This document shows, one piece after another, positions 48,301 through 59,600 of a DNA stretch of 64,000 nucleotides. The notes beneath the pieces are model-generated. The model was not told where the DNA came from. It saw nothing but the letters and a program-made list of their open reading frames with translations, and made no database searches. Numbering within the stretch: position 1 is the first letter of the stretch; every line of letters starts with the position of its first letter. The position numbers and the translations under genes were made by a program. Source of the DNA: a virus; IMG/VR virus record IMGVR_UViG_3300045988_066710; one strand, 5' to 3'.

Positions 48301-51300
48301 CATAAGGTCTTTAATAGGTCTTGTCTGGTCTTCAGTATATTTAAACTGACCTAACATAATCTTAGAAACATTAAGTTTTATTTCTTCTCCTTTTATTACT
48401 CTTTCTCTAACATTTTTAAGACCTACATAATTACCTTTTATAGCTGTAGCTGTAGATGGTAGTATACCTACCACTTGGTCATTATGATACATTACTACTT
48501 CATCATAATTACCTATCTTCTCATGCTTTAAAGTGAGTTCATCACCTACTTTTAAGTTACCCTTATTAACATAATCAAATGCACCTTTACTAACTAAATA
48601 CTGATAAATATCCTTATAATTAGGATTAGCTATATCAAAATTAGTAAATGTATTAGCTGCATATTCAGAAATAGCAGGTTTATAATAATACTTTTCTGCT
48701 GACTTTTCTACATTTTCTACATCAGTTTTTAACTCAGTCAAGTTATTAGTATTCTCTTGTCTTTCAGTTAATACTGGTCTATCAGGTTGAATACTATTAA
48801 GCACTTTATTTACTTCTTCATAAAGAGTATCTCTAGTCTTAGCATCTACTTCTTTAGCATATAAGTTATATAAATCTTCAATAGCTTTTCTAACTTCTTC
48901 ATATGTAGCTTTATTACTATTATAATTATCTATAATCTTATTAGCTTTATCCCAGAAATTCTTTGCATTAGGTCTATTAATATTTTCTGTTGCAGTTCTT
49001 AATGGTGATAATATATCCTGTTTCTCCTGTACAGGAGCAGTAGAATTATCATCAGCTCCAGTCTTTTCACCATTAGTATCAATAGTAAACTTTGAATGCT
49101 CTACTTTCTTATCATCTGGAATAGACTGTTTATCAGACATATCTTTAATAGCAGCAACCATAGCATTATTCAACTGCTGAGTATAATAATCATTGGTCAA
49201 TAAATCTTCATTATCTGTTATCTGATAATCAGGATTAGTTAACTCTTCATAAGAAGTACTATTATTATATTTCTCTTGTGCATAAGTCTTTAATTGTGCT
49301 TTATCTTCATCATCAATATCAAGTTTATCAATAGCATTATTAACACTATTCATAAAGCTTTTAGACTTAGCATAAGTACTACCTAATTCAGTATTATTAT
49401 TAGTTAATATACTTGCATCTTCAATATTCTCTTCTTTAAATATATTATCAATATCTTTATAAGTAGTAGCATTGCTGACCTTATCAAGTATTCTTCTTAC
49501 ATCTAAGTCTTTCTGTTTTCTTTGATTCTGATTATCTATATTAGCATGAGCTTCATCTATTTTACCAGGATTAAGCATATATTCAATAAGCTTTTCCTTA
49601 TATGATTTTCTAGCTTTACCTATCTTAATTAAATCATTTAAATCTTTACTAAATCTATTATATTCATCAGCATCAATACCTAAAGAATTCTTTGCTATAT
49701 CTTTAAGGGATTTTACATTAAGACTCTTATCTGATATAAGTAAATCTGGATTTTCACTATTATTGAATAACTCTAATACTTTTATAGTATTTTCTATATC
49801 ATTAAGCTTTCTCTTATTACTATTATATTCCTTAGCATCTTTCTCAGATGTAAGTTTAGTATTATTATCATTAAGCACAGTTCTTACATCAGTAAGCTGC
49901 TTAATAATCTTTGATATAGTATTCTTATTGTTATCTCTGATAGAAGAACCTCTTTCTTTCCAGTCATTAAGACTACTCTTTAAATAGATAAGCTCATTTA
50001 ACTGTTCATCACTTAATGTATTATTTGAAGCTTCAATTAAGTCATTCTTAGTCTGTTTATATTCATTAATCTTATCTAAGAATTCAGTCTTAGCTTTATT
50101 CATCTGATTAGTTATTTCTTCATCAGACAATTTATTACCATTCTCATCAGTATAAGGACTTATATAATAATCTTTTGCAGTATTTATTTTATGCTGAATA
50201 TCTACTTCTTCCTGCTTTAATCTAACAAGTTCACTAGCATCATTAGTATTTGCTTGTGCCTGTTGATTAGCATTTAACTGTTCTGTAAGTTGATTTACCT
50301 GTTCATCCTTAGATACTTGTCTACCTGTATTTTTAATAATAGATTCTATGTTTTCATTGGAAGTATCACCTAGACCTTGATTAATCATTTCAACTAAATC
50401 ATCAAGTTTACCTACACTATCAAACATAGTTATATCTGATATTAATTGTGAATTCTCTGCATTCTTAAATTCAAATTCATCATTATTTTGTGTAGCATTA
50501 TTCATTGCTTTCTGGAAACCTTGATGTCTTACATAACCATCATAATAAGCTTTAAATTCAGGTGAATTTACTCTTTCATTAAGTTTATCTGCTATAGCTT
50601 GTTCTCTAGCAATTCTTTGAGTAACATCTCTATATTCTCCTAAAATACCACCTTCAATAGTAATAGGACTTTGGAATTTACCTTCTTTAGTAAATGACCT
50701 AAATCTAGGCATACCCATAGCACCCGTCATAGCACCTACTAAGAATTGTTCCCAAGTAGATTGGTCTCCCATAGTTTCAGTAAAAGCTTGCATAGAAGCT
50801 TTTAACCAAGAATTAGCCTCCTGTCTATTATTAGGGTCAGTAAGTGCTTTATAATAATTATCTACATCAGTCTTATAATAATCAGCAGATATATTACTTG
50901 CTAACTGCTGATTAACTTCTTCCATACCTTCTGATATAGGATTTTTTAATGCAGCAGTATATATTTCACTCTTAGTAGTTTTAGGTGCATATTTACCTAA
51001 AGTACCTGTTATTCCTCTACCACCAATATTCTCTTCTATCTGTTGTGCTCTTCTTGCAGTTTTAAATCCTCTACCATACATCTTACCAAACTGTATTAAG
51101 TTTGATATAGTAAGTATAGGAATATTTAAAGCTAAATCCACATTACCCATATGAACTCTATCCTCAGATAATTTAGTCATAGCTTTATTATAATTATCAT
51201 TTTCCTGTGCTACAAGATTATTATACATTTCAGTACCATAATAATTATCTTGTATTGACTTTAATCTTTCATTATGTTGATTAAGTAAATCAGATGATAC

Positions 51301-52119
51301 TGCTTTATAATATTCTCTACTATTATTTAATGCTTCTATTCTACCTTCATTAACAGCACTGGTAAAGGAACCTAAAATTGAAGCAGTAGCTTGTGAAGTC
51401 TGAGCAATATTCTTTATAGTACTTATAGTAGCACCTAAATTCTTTGCTCCAGTCATAGCTAATCTACCTAAACCTCTTATAGCTCCTGCTTCTAAACTAC
51501 CACTATAGAATGCACCTACAGTAAATCCTAAGTTCTTAATAAAACTATCACCCCAAAAGTTAGCTGTAAATAATTTATCCCATATACTAGCATCTTGCTC
51601 CTGTGAAGTATAATAGTTAGGTAATTCTCTTTCAGACCAATCATTTATAGATTGCATAGCTTTTGAGAAATCATTATCCCATAATTTACTTACATCTCCA
51701 TCTCCTATAGCTTTAGCACCACCATATAATAAACCCATAGTACCATCAAGAAAAGTAGTACCTGTGAGTACTGCACCTTTAGCAATACCAGCACCTAATT
51801 GAGAATACCAAGGTTGATTTTCTGCTCTTACATCTGTTGCATCTTGAAATTGCTCAGGGGAATAAATATCCTCATCAAACATTGATTCCCCTAATTTAGT
51901 ATTAGTATTATAAAGAGAAGACTGCACTACATGAGGTGCAGCCTCTTCTGGATTCATCATATGTCTTAAAGGTCTCTTTATATCTAATTCCTGTAAATAT
52001 TGAGCTACTTCAGGGTCATATCCACTTTGAATAGCATTATTCTGTTGCTGTAATTGTTTCCAATTCTGCAATCCACTCTTTCTTATATCTACTGGTTTCT
52101 GTTTCTTTATTTGTACCAT
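45397..52119 (-). CDS. giant (2,240 aa) virion protein with embedded RecB-like PD-(D/E)XK nuclease domain (putative ejected cargo protein)
   Basis: ATG at 52119. A Gly-rich hydrophobic N-terminal region (GAGIAKGAVLTGTTFLDGTMGLLYGGAKAIG) is followed by long coiled-coil-like stretches. Nuclease motifs lie around residues 1755-1815: IAGELDLLTYNKYTGEFRFYDFKTSKY and TRQLSAYNDLF. Confidence 0.75.
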   Translation of the reverse strand: MVQIKKQKPVDIRKSGLQNWKQLQQQNNAIQSGYDPEVAQYLQELDIKRPLRHMMNPEEAAPHVVQSSLYNTNTKLGESMFDEDIYSPEQFQDATDVRAENQPWYSQLGAGIAKGAVLTGTTFLDGTMGLLYGGAKAIGDGDVSKLWDNDFSKAMQSINDWSERELPNYYTSQEQDASIWDKLFTANFWGDSFIKNLGFTVGAFYSGSLEAGAIRGLGRLAMTGAKNLGATISTIKNIAQTSQATASILGSFTSAVNEGRIEALNNSREYYKAVSSDLLNQHNERLKSIQDNYYGTEMYNNLVAQENDNYNKAMTKLSEDRVHMGNVDLALNIPILTISNLIQFGKMYGRGFKTARRAQQIEENIGGRGITGTLGKYAPKTTKSEIYTAALKNPISEGMEEVNQQLASNISADYYKTDVDNYYKALTDPNNRQEANSWLKASMQAFTETMGDQSTWEQFLVGAMTGAMGMPRFRSFTKEGKFQSPITIEGGILGEYRDVTQRIAREQAIADKLNERVNSPEFKAYYDGYVRHQGFQKAMNNATQNNDEFEFKNAENSQLISDITMFDSVGKLDDLVEMINQGLGDTSNENIESIIKNTGRQVSKDEQVNQLTEQLNANQQAQANTNDASELVRLKQEEVDIQHKINTAKDYYISPYTDENGNKLSDEEITNQMNKAKTEFLDKINEYKQTKNDLIEASNNTLSDEQLNELIYLKSSLNDWKERGSSIRDNNKNTISKIIKQLTDVRTVLNDNNTKLTSEKDAKEYNSNKRKLNDIENTIKVLELFNNSENPDLLISDKSLNVKSLKDIAKNSLGIDADEYNRFSKDLNDLIKIGKARKSYKEKLIEYMLNPGKIDEAHANIDNQNQRKQKDLDVRRILDKVSNATTYKDIDNIFKEENIEDASILTNNNTELGSTYAKSKSFMNSVNNAIDKLDIDDEDKAQLKTYAQEKYNNSTSYEELTNPDYQITDNEDLLTNDYYTQQLNNAMVAAIKDMSDKQSIPDDKKVEHSKFTIDTNGEKTGADDNSTAPVQEKQDILSPLRTATENINRPNAKNFWDKANKIIDNYNSNKATYEEVRKAIEDLYNLYAKEVDAKTRDTLYEEVNKVLNSIQPDRPVLTERQENTNNLTELKTDVENVEKSAEKYYYKPAISEYAANTFTNFDIANPNYKDIYQYLVSKGAFDYVNKGNLKVGDELTLKHEKIGNYDEVVMYHNDQVVGILPSTATAIKGNYVGLKNVRERVIKGEEIKLNVSKIMLGQFKYTEDQTRPIKDLMNGTPIQLGIVSNRELITNKDLTTEKPYNRSQADGKVYLLLKNSRSTYSPKPIRVKHFNEEEFDLNKLKDTNNSRAREIHRIIDELSKTTNPDKCTELFIDLCQQLYLPNSFHMNIFSYKGTIFLSLKGGPQGTKNINLENNTGSFTLNVDGSIGGSAATQTDPTHVYNEILKYLYSLNTPFNIDKNEINKGDYNEKLVNDDILYTHLVDTQMTNSWFTTNYYDEEGNQKDAINPKGTFSPTGNKEGTKVTLGKNTYFVRDGKIYDSSESVVVPKRTNLIFDLAAAYELNGNAVNGPYIYNGITKVNGHYMDVTHKSYATEKQKQMYEDNMNNRPTVIDKMNYTLNRLKEDQAKVKRLDNGRPDNTIEGREGHIYQILEDDGQYHEYEGVHNVIGESWKRDENQTPNTLALQYGQEFDDLMRQSFEGEIDAIQKPDNMSNEVFERFKSRAKSLKEYFDNNGEIPIANGIVVFNKIGDKRIAGELDLLTYNKYTGEFRFYDFKTSKYRFYTDEGKLDTHYTTVWHNRQIRSTQEQYTRQLSAYNDLFTSRYGTPIVDMALIPLIINYNDKGITAFNAEPTVNITYQPSEFMQGTTVSTPKVDNNTIPVSNVKTLELSPTKKVKVDISTLPVVTTINGSEIKAYIEEVKSTNNSTKKITTFYSPYMVFPNGEVTYMNGRRELLTDKQLEESKSTWASTIQANKAAFIQAGIVNAKPQEEIKPEIKPEVKINYDTNNVFIGGEFGTGTINITDGWRGVSEDPRVWSKDKTVPVFSEVKMKDGSVVTIISYRNAEKFGNNRGTNGIIINVKGTLTDSNKEYIKNTLINTDFSNSKEEVTKQVLDILNNSNTKTVISATPINVVDNTKSNATPTGPQSAEEDLLKAMSLLNTYNKEAPDGTLGKEEIKPRTDVEEQTGRNVDGNIVVDNPEALKKWNELSNDTRDLLKLMNMNETDWNNMLPKQRESELNCLS

Positions 52120-52131
52120 AATTATATAAAT

Positions 52132-53931
52132 TTATTCATATGCCTGTGCAGCAAAATCCTGTGTTGATGTATTATTTAATACCCCTAATTGAGATTGGAA
52201 TAAGTAAGCTTGTTGTATAGCATTATTATAAGCTTGTCTTAATTGAGCTTTTTGTACATCAGTTAAAGGTTTACCATTTAACTTACCACTCTGAAGTGTT
52301 TTGCTTATATTCATTGCATCTTCAGCTCTCTTATCAATATTCTTTTCAACATTAGGATTAATTCCTATAGGCATTACAAATCTTATTACTTTTCCATCTT
52401 TATTCTTTGCTATATAAGTTCTTCCTTGTGCTCCAAATCTAGCATTGGTAACTGTCCATTTATTATCTTCATTTAAGAAATCTGCTAAATCAATATCTTT
52501 ATCTTTCTTCCAAGTACCTGATTTTTTATCAAACTTAGCAGCATAAATTCTATCTCTACCAATATTAGCAGCAGCTATCTGATTTTTATAAGCTGTTTGT
52601 TGTGTAGGACTTAAAGCATAATCATATTCCATAAATTGTTTAGCATCACCTCTAACACCAGTATTTATGTATTTACTCCATAAGTTACCTATATTTCCAG
52701 GCTGCCAATTATTACCTTTACCTAAGTATTTTTGTGCTCCTAAAGAATTTAATAAGTCTGAGAATTCACTATTAAGATTGTTATAGTAGTATCCTTCTTT
52801 ATCCTTCTGTATAGATACTACAGTAGGCTTACCACTTATATTGTCTCTTATTGTAAATTGCCCATAACCATATTTACCTTTACCTTCATGCTGATATCTT
52901 GCTAAATCAGTAGCTTTTATTCTAGTTTTACTTTCATAGGCTTCTCTACCTTTCTGGCTTAAATAAGTTCTACCATTCTTAGTATAGAAATATTGCTTAT
53001 ATTTCTCTTTCATTTTATCAGCTTCATTCTGCTCTTCAGGAGTATAAATAGGTACTTCATTTATAGCAGCTAATTGATTTTGCTGTTGTTGAGCTTGTGC
53101 TAAAGCTAATTGTTGCTGCAATTTATAATTCTCTCTAGCTTCAAAGTTCTCCATAGCTTGAACAGTATCTTGACCTATAGCAGACCACATACCTTGTTTA
53201 ATAAAGTTAGCTGCTTGTCTTCTTTGATTTTCATTAGCCCAGTTACCTATTTGACTAGAATCATAAACCTGTTGATAAATAGCACCTAATACTTTATTAG
53301 TAGCAGTAGTTTCTCCATTAAGATACTTTTGTATATCATTTCTAGTTAAACCATGTTTCTGTATAAATGTATTAGTATAACTATCAATAGGTTCTCCCTT
53401 ACCATAGCTACTTAAAGTTTTAGCTAAATTCTGTGCAGCTTGTGCTGATTGTGCAGTTAATAATTTACCACTATAACTCTGTGGTGTATAACTAGGATTC
53501 TTCATATAATAACTAAGACCTAATTCACTAGGGTCTTGAGCAATTAATGTAGGGTCTTGTAATCTAGCTTGCCATAATACTTGAGCTTGTTGTTGTCTCT
53601 TATTATAAGCTTCTTCAATAGGTATTATGTTACTAGCATATTGTGCTCTCATATTCATTAAGTTTCTTCTACTAGCAGCATTAATACCATTATTAAGTAC
53701 ATCATTAGCAGCTTCCTTTAATTGATTTGAATATGATTTATACTTACTATAAACATCAGCATCTTGTGCATTATTAGCTAACTTTTCCCATTGGTCTGCT
53801 TTCATCTGTAATTGTGAGAAAGCTTCTTCTGCTTGATATTGTGCTTGAGCATTAGCTTGATATATAGGAAGTAACTCCTGTAAGGAGTATGGATTAAACG
53901 AAGATGAAATCATTAAACTATAATTAGACAT
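52132..53931 (-). CDS. Gln/Ala-rich virion-associated protein (599 aa), function unknown
   Basis: ATG at 53931, overlapping the upstream gene by 8 nt. Q-rich helical repeats (QQLALAQAQQQQNQLAA). Confidence 0.7.
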   Translation of the reverse strand: MSNYSLMISSSFNPYSLQELLPIYQANAQAQYQAEEAFSQLQMKADQWEKLANNAQDADVYSKYKSYSNQLKEAANDVLNNGINAASRRNLMNMRAQYASNIIPIEEAYNKRQQQAQVLWQARLQDPTLIAQDPSELGLSYYMKNPSYTPQSYSGKLLTAQSAQAAQNLAKTLSSYGKGEPIDSYTNTFIQKHGLTRNDIQKYLNGETTATNKVLGAIYQQVYDSSQIGNWANENQRRQAANFIKQGMWSAIGQDTVQAMENFEARENYKLQQQLALAQAQQQQNQLAAINEVPIYTPEEQNEADKMKEKYKQYFYTKNGRTYLSQKGREAYESKTRIKATDLARYQHEGKGKYGYGQFTIRDNISGKPTVVSIQKDKEGYYYNNLNSEFSDLLNSLGAQKYLGKGNNWQPGNIGNLWSKYINTGVRGDAKQFMEYDYALSPTQQTAYKNQIAAANIGRDRIYAAKFDKKSGTWKKDKDIDLADFLNEDNKWTVTNARFGAQGRTYIAKNKDGKVIRFVMPIGINPNVEKNIDKRAEDAMNISKTLQSGKLNGKPLTDVQKAQLRQAYNNAIQQAYLFQSQLGVLNNTSTQDFAAQAYE

Positions 53932-56536
53932 TGTTACCTCTCTTTCTTGATTTATACTTAGACTCTCCCTTATTTGTCATAGCCCAAGGGAATGCAGCAC
54001 TAGTATTTAATATATTAAAGTTCATATTCTCTCTACCAATATTACCAATATTATTAAACAGATTAGTAAGATTAGCACTTCTCTCTGCTGCAAGTTGTTG
54101 TCTAGCAGCTTGTCTAAGTCTTTCTGCCTGCATAGTACCTTGTAATAAAGTATTTCTAACTTGCATCTTAGCAGCTTGATTAGCAGCATCAGCTTTAAAC
54201 ATACCTTCAGTATTAAACATATTAGTACCTCTATTAAATTCTGCTACTTTCTGTCTTTGTGCTAAGTTATACTCTTCAGCTTGTCTAGCTAATGCTCCTA
54301 ATTGATTCTGAGCATTATAATCTGCTGCTAATATACCTGCCATAGCATTACCTCTATTGCCACTAGCTTGATTAATTATTGCTCTTCTAGCTGCACCACT
54401 TTCAGCATTTAATTTATTAATATAATAGTCTCTATCAAATGGATTATAAGTCATATAATCTCCAATAGGATTAAAGGATATTGGTGTATATTGACCAGCT
54501 TCTCTTGCAGCAGTTAATATTGCATCAGCACTACTTTCATCAGGTTTACTCAATAAAGAACTTGCTGCTCCTATAGCAGAACCTACAATGGGAGCATATC
54601 TCATCCAAGTAGGTAATAAGCCATTATCTTCTTTATTATTAGTTTTCTTTTTAGTATCTGTTGATATAAATTCTTTATTCTTTAAATCTATAACAGTATT
54701 ACCATTAGCATCCACCCTATCACTAAAAGGTACTATATCATTTGCACTATATCCCATACCATAAGGTGATAACATATTAAATGGTTTCTGATTGCCAAGT
54801 GCATCTAAAGGTTGATATATAGTAAATGGAGTATCAGCTTGAGTACTAATATTATTAAACTTAGGAGTTCTATGTACCCAACCTAATTTACCATCATTTC
54901 TAAGTCTCTCATAATTGTTCTTCAAATAAGTAACATCTTTACCTGTTTTATTACTTAATGTCTGCCAATAATTATGATTATCAGGTAATGTTAAAGCATA
55001 TTTAGTAAAGTTCTTATAGTTATCAGTACCTTCTATGTCTTTAACACTATAACCCTTGCTACTTACTTTACCTTGATAATAAGGAATATTACCTTTTAAA
55101 TAACTATTCTGATATTCAGGTGCTCCTTCCCACATATTATCAAACATCCAACCACCATCATCAAATTGTTGAGGTTCATTAGAAACCATTTCATTAGGAT
55201 TAGATAGCATAGTATTATCTCCTTGTACAGGAGTACCATTAAGTATTCCTAATTGTTCTTGTGGACTTAACTTATTAAATTGTCTCTTAGCCTTAGCTAA
55301 TTCCTTTTTAGCTTTAACTTCTTCCTGTGATTGTTGTAAATCCTGCATAAATGAATTAAATGTTCTTTTACTAATAGGGTCATTAGGAGTTTCTTCTATT
55401 TCCTTACCTAATTTCTTACTAGCTTCTGCAAAGGTTATATCTTTACTTAATTTATATTTATCTGTTAATGTTTCAGGTACTTTAAGTCTATTACTGAATA
55501 CATAATCATTCCATATAGTCTCTCCTTCTTCTACTAAATTAGGAGTACCATTTCTATCAGTACCCATAGGTACACCATTGAAAGGATTCTGCTCATGTGT
55601 ACCACCATTATCTATATATTCTAGACTACCATTATAAGTACCACCATAAGTATTTAAATCTCCACCAAAAGCATTCCATTTAGCTGCATTCCTAGCAAAA
55701 TTAGCTCTCTTAATTAATGTTGGAGAATAATCTTCCTTATTGGCTAATATATGTCTAGCATACTCTTGTACACCCATATTAGCTCTATTTGCACTTTCAG
55801 TAAATTTACCTCTATTTTCTTTCTTAATCATAATTCCACCTTCTTTAAATAAAGGACCACCAAAGGCTTCTACATTATACATACTTTGAAGAAATTGATT
55901 TTCATTAGTAATATCAGCAGCTTGGTTAAAATTATTATATAATCTAGTATTAGCTGCTTCTGCCTGTGCTCTTAATTTATTAGTAAGATTCTTAGCTTTA
56001 TGACTAAACCAACCATCTTTACCTATATTACTTCTATTAATATTTCCTAACATAGAAGCACCAGATAATTGACTCATTAAGTCATCCGCACTACCACCAA
56101 AAGATGTATTAGCAGTAGAAGATATATTACCTTTTACTTGATTAATATTCTCTTGGTTTAACTTAGAGCCAAACATTCTATTTGTTAAACCTCCTATTAA
56201 TCCTGAACCAACAGAAACCATGCCTCCTACTAAAGGATTAACAGTAGATATTGCACTACCAACTGTACTGCCAATACTACTAATAGTATTACCTGCTCCA
56301 GATTGTAATCCACCACCAATAAGATTTCCACCTACTTGTCCTACTATAGAACCTAAAGCCCCAATACCACCTTTAGCTATATCTGTTAAGTTTTGACCAC
56401 TAAAGGTATTCTTTAAACTAAAACCATTACCATTAGTTAAAGAATCTAGTAAAGTAGTATTCTTTTCTATATCACCTCCATTAGGATATAAATTAATAGA
56501 TTGTTTTATTGTATATAACTTATCTTTCTTTCTCAT
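53924..56536 (-). CDS. virion-associated protein (870 aa) with glycine-zipper-like N-terminal region
   Basis: ATG at 56536. The N-terminal GGIGALGSIVGQVGGNLIGGGLQSGAGNTISSIGSTVGSAISTVNPLVGGMVSVGSGLIGGL resembles membrane-active or internal virion proteins. The C-terminus is Q/A/N-rich and helical. Confidence 0.7.
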   Translation of the reverse strand: MRKKDKLYTIKQSINLYPNGGDIEKNTTLLDSLTNGNGFSLKNTFSGQNLTDIAKGGIGALGSIVGQVGGNLIGGGLQSGAGNTISSIGSTVGSAISTVNPLVGGMVSVGSGLIGGLTNRMFGSKLNQENINQVKGNISSTANTSFGGSADDLMSQLSGASMLGNINRSNIGKDGWFSHKAKNLTNKLRAQAEAANTRLYNNFNQAADITNENQFLQSMYNVEAFGGPLFKEGGIMIKKENRGKFTESANRANMGVQEYARHILANKEDYSPTLIKRANFARNAAKWNAFGGDLNTYGGTYNGSLEYIDNGGTHEQNPFNGVPMGTDRNGTPNLVEEGETIWNDYVFSNRLKVPETLTDKYKLSKDITFAEASKKLGKEIEETPNDPISKRTFNSFMQDLQQSQEEVKAKKELAKAKRQFNKLSPQEQLGILNGTPVQGDNTMLSNPNEMVSNEPQQFDDGGWMFDNMWEGAPEYQNSYLKGNIPYYQGKVSSKGYSVKDIEGTDNYKNFTKYALTLPDNHNYWQTLSNKTGKDVTYLKNNYERLRNDGKLGWVHRTPKFNNISTQADTPFTIYQPLDALGNQKPFNMLSPYGMGYSANDIVPFSDRVDANGNTVIDLKNKEFISTDTKKKTNNKEDNGLLPTWMRYAPIVGSAIGAASSLLSKPDESSADAILTAAREAGQYTPISFNPIGDYMTYNPFDRDYYINKLNAESGAARRAIINQASGNRGNAMAGILAADYNAQNQLGALARQAEEYNLAQRQKVAEFNRGTNMFNTEGMFKADAANQAAKMQVRNTLLQGTMQAERLRQAARQQLAAERSANLTNLFNNIGNIGRENMNFNILNTSAAFPWAMTNKGESKYKSRKRGNNV

Positions 56537-56555
56537 AGTTAATTATTTTATTTTG

Positions 56556-56586
56556 CAAAGATACACAAATTATTTAATACTACAAA
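56556..56586 (-). promoter_or_regulatory. Bacteroidota-type sigma-A promoter (TTTG-N19-TATCTTTG)
   Basis: The - strand reads TTTG (56586-56583), an exact 19-nt spacer, then TATCTTTG (56563-56556), about 20 nt upstream of the ATG at 56536. It contains the 12-mer TGTATCTTTGCA. Confidence 0.7.
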
Positions 56587-56596
56587 TAAAATTAAT

Positions 56597-56639
56597 AAAA
56601 AATAGCAGAATACTAAGTAAATACTTAATATCCTGCTAT
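56597..56639 (-). terminator. rho-independent terminator
   Basis: The - strand has an 18-bp stem ATAGCAGGATATTAAGTA / TACTTAGTATTCTGCTAT with two G-U pairs, followed by TTTTTT. It lies directly downstream of the 1,788-aa gene stop (56643). Confidence 0.8.
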
Positions 56640-56642
56640 AAT

Positions 56643-59600
56643 TTAACTATAGTAAGCCACATTAATATCATAAATAGATAAAGGAGAATTATATTTTTTA
56701 CTGAGCTTTATCTTAGCCCACATATTTCTAATTCTATCTCTATTAGTTATAATACCATCTTCATTCTTTTTACTGTTTCTAGGTATCTGCCATCTCCAAG
56801 TTCTAAATTTCTTTTTTACATTAATAGAAGAAGCCTCATTCTTACCTCTCTGATATTCATTACTTACTTCTAGAGTATCAAATGGATAATAATCTGATTT
56901 CCAATTATTAATCTTAGCAATATCACTTGTAGTAAGTTCTACTGTTTCAAATATCTTATCTAAATCAAACTCGCTATTAACTATAAATTCTATATCTGCA
57001 AAAGAGTACTTATTATATATAATACCATAATTTCCTTTATAGGCTTCATAAATACCATCTTTATTTATCTGTAAACTCTTATCATTAAGGTTTACCCAAT
57101 ATAAAGTAGAACCATAATCATAGAATGAAGTAAATTCACCTAATAACTCATTATAAGCTAAAGCTGTATCTCTACTTACTATATATAAATCGTAAGTAGT
57201 ACTATCATACTCAAGTTTAATAGAATCTATAAAGTTACTGCTATTCTCATAATTCCATAATGAAGGAGACCATATATTAGAACTTAACTGAGTAAAATAG
57301 TTTTTAAACTTATTTTGAGATATAGGAGTAATACCTTTATCATTTATCTTATAAAGTTCACTATTATAAGTATCTATAAAATAAATACCTTGAGAAGTAG
57401 ATTTAATAGCCCATTTATTTTGGCATCCTATTGAATCTGATAAGTATTGTTTATCTTGTAATTTAGCACTATTAGCTATTTCAATAGGTACACCATCAGA
57501 AGTATTAATCTGTACTCTAGAATTGTAAAGTAATCTTGATATACCATTATCTTGAAAACAATAAAGGTCATTATTAATCTTTCTTATTGCATTAAGTTTA
57601 CCTTTATCTCCATCTAAATCAAATACACTTGCAAGAGTAACATTAGTCCATGAATCTACATCTTCTCCTAATACTTTAGTTTTAGATATAGTTATTTGAT
57701 TAGGAAAGTTTATAACACCCTCATCTTCTATCTGTCTATAATTAAAGAAATTATTTCTTTGTGTATAAGATTTATTTATAAGATTAAAGTTAGTATTAAG
57801 TACTCCAAGATTATATTTTAAACCTCTTTGTTTATCATATCTACCATCAAGATTTATTCTAGATTCTACAAAGAAAGAAGTAATATCTATATATTGATTC
57901 TTATCATCAGTACTATAAGGGAAAGTCTTTAAACAATCCCATCTTTGATAATAAGTATCTCCATGATTACCTCTTAATGATACAGTTTCTCCTGTAAGTT
58001 TAATAGCTTCTCCTGCGGGTATAAAAGAATACTGAGATATAATACTTTCGTTACCATTACTTAATTCATAAGGAGAAGTATCAGGGTCCTGTACACATAA
58101 ATCAGCTAAATAATAATAATCATTTATACTAGGATTAGCATTATAGAAGAAATAATTAGTTTCTATATTTGTAGGATTCATATAATTAGCATATTCATTA
58201 ATATACTTAGTCCATATAAAATCCTTTGTATAAGAATTATTTTCTGTATTCCAAAATAGTTTTCTAGTTACAGCATCTTCTCCTACCCTATCTATTTCAG
58301 ATTTATGCTTAATACTCATTCTAGGAAGTTTAATAGTACTATTATTTTTAGAACCAAAAGATATAATAGCATGAGGTGTTTCTTTATATTTAATTCTTAT
58401 AGGGTCTTTTGAAGTAACTGCTTTATCATCTACTATAATAGTATCATATGTTATATAATCACTTATAAAATCTTCATTATAAGCATAATACTGTCTTCCA
58501 TATATAGGATATTCATTATTAGAAGGAAATAATTTATTAACATCAGAAGTATAAGATAATGTTTCTATATAACTATCTCCCATATTACTATTTAGTTTAT
58601 AAATATCATCACTATTTGTAGTAATAACCTTAATATCATCTATAGGTAATTCATAATAATTGAATTTATTTATTTCTTCTATATTATCTATATAGCTTAA
58701 ACTATCTCTAAGATAAGAAGTAGCACATTCTCTAGTGTTAGAAATTATTTTCTTAACAGGTTTAGACCATACTTTTCTAGAATTTCCATTACTATTCTTT
58801 TTTTCTATACCATTATCTGAATAACTAGTTTCTCTATGCCATAAATAAGTAGCAAATAACCAATCCTTATTAGCATCGTAATTACCTAAATTATCCCAAC
58901 TGGAATCCATATCTCTCCATAATAAATCAGAAGTAAAATCTTTAATATTCTTTGTTGGAACATTTCCTTTTGAAGGGTCATTTAAATCATTTCCCTGAAT
59001 CAGATAATTAGAAAATAAAGGCTTGGACTTTAAAATACCTATTATTCTTAATTTAGTATTTTTATTTATGTTATTATATTGATTTTCAATATCTGGTGAA
59101 TTAAATGTTACTAAAGATTCATCATAAGCAAAGCATTCTCCAAAATCATTTACAATAGTATCTACTCCATTGATTTCTATTTCTTGATGTATAGTAGCAC
59201 TATTTTTCCAACTGTCGTCAGGAATTTCATTTATATTTATACTTGAATTCCAATTTTTTAAATTTTCTTTTGCTTTGATAATAGTTGAAGTACTCCTGTC
59301 ATATAATACAATATTATTTTCAGAAACTACAATAGTTCTATAATGTCCTAATTGTATAGTACATTTAATATAAATTTGAGTGTGAGTACTTCCTCCTATA
59401 ATAGGAGATTTAGAAAATTCTATATTCTGAATTTCCCCCCATGAAATAGAATTCCCATATAATGCCTTTAGATGCTTTCCTAAAGAAGTCATTCTCCAGG
59501 AAGACATAGTAAAAGGAGTATTATTATATCTATCTCTATAATTAAATACAGTAGAAGATATAATACCTTGACATAAAACTGTTTTTAAATTATTAGTAGG

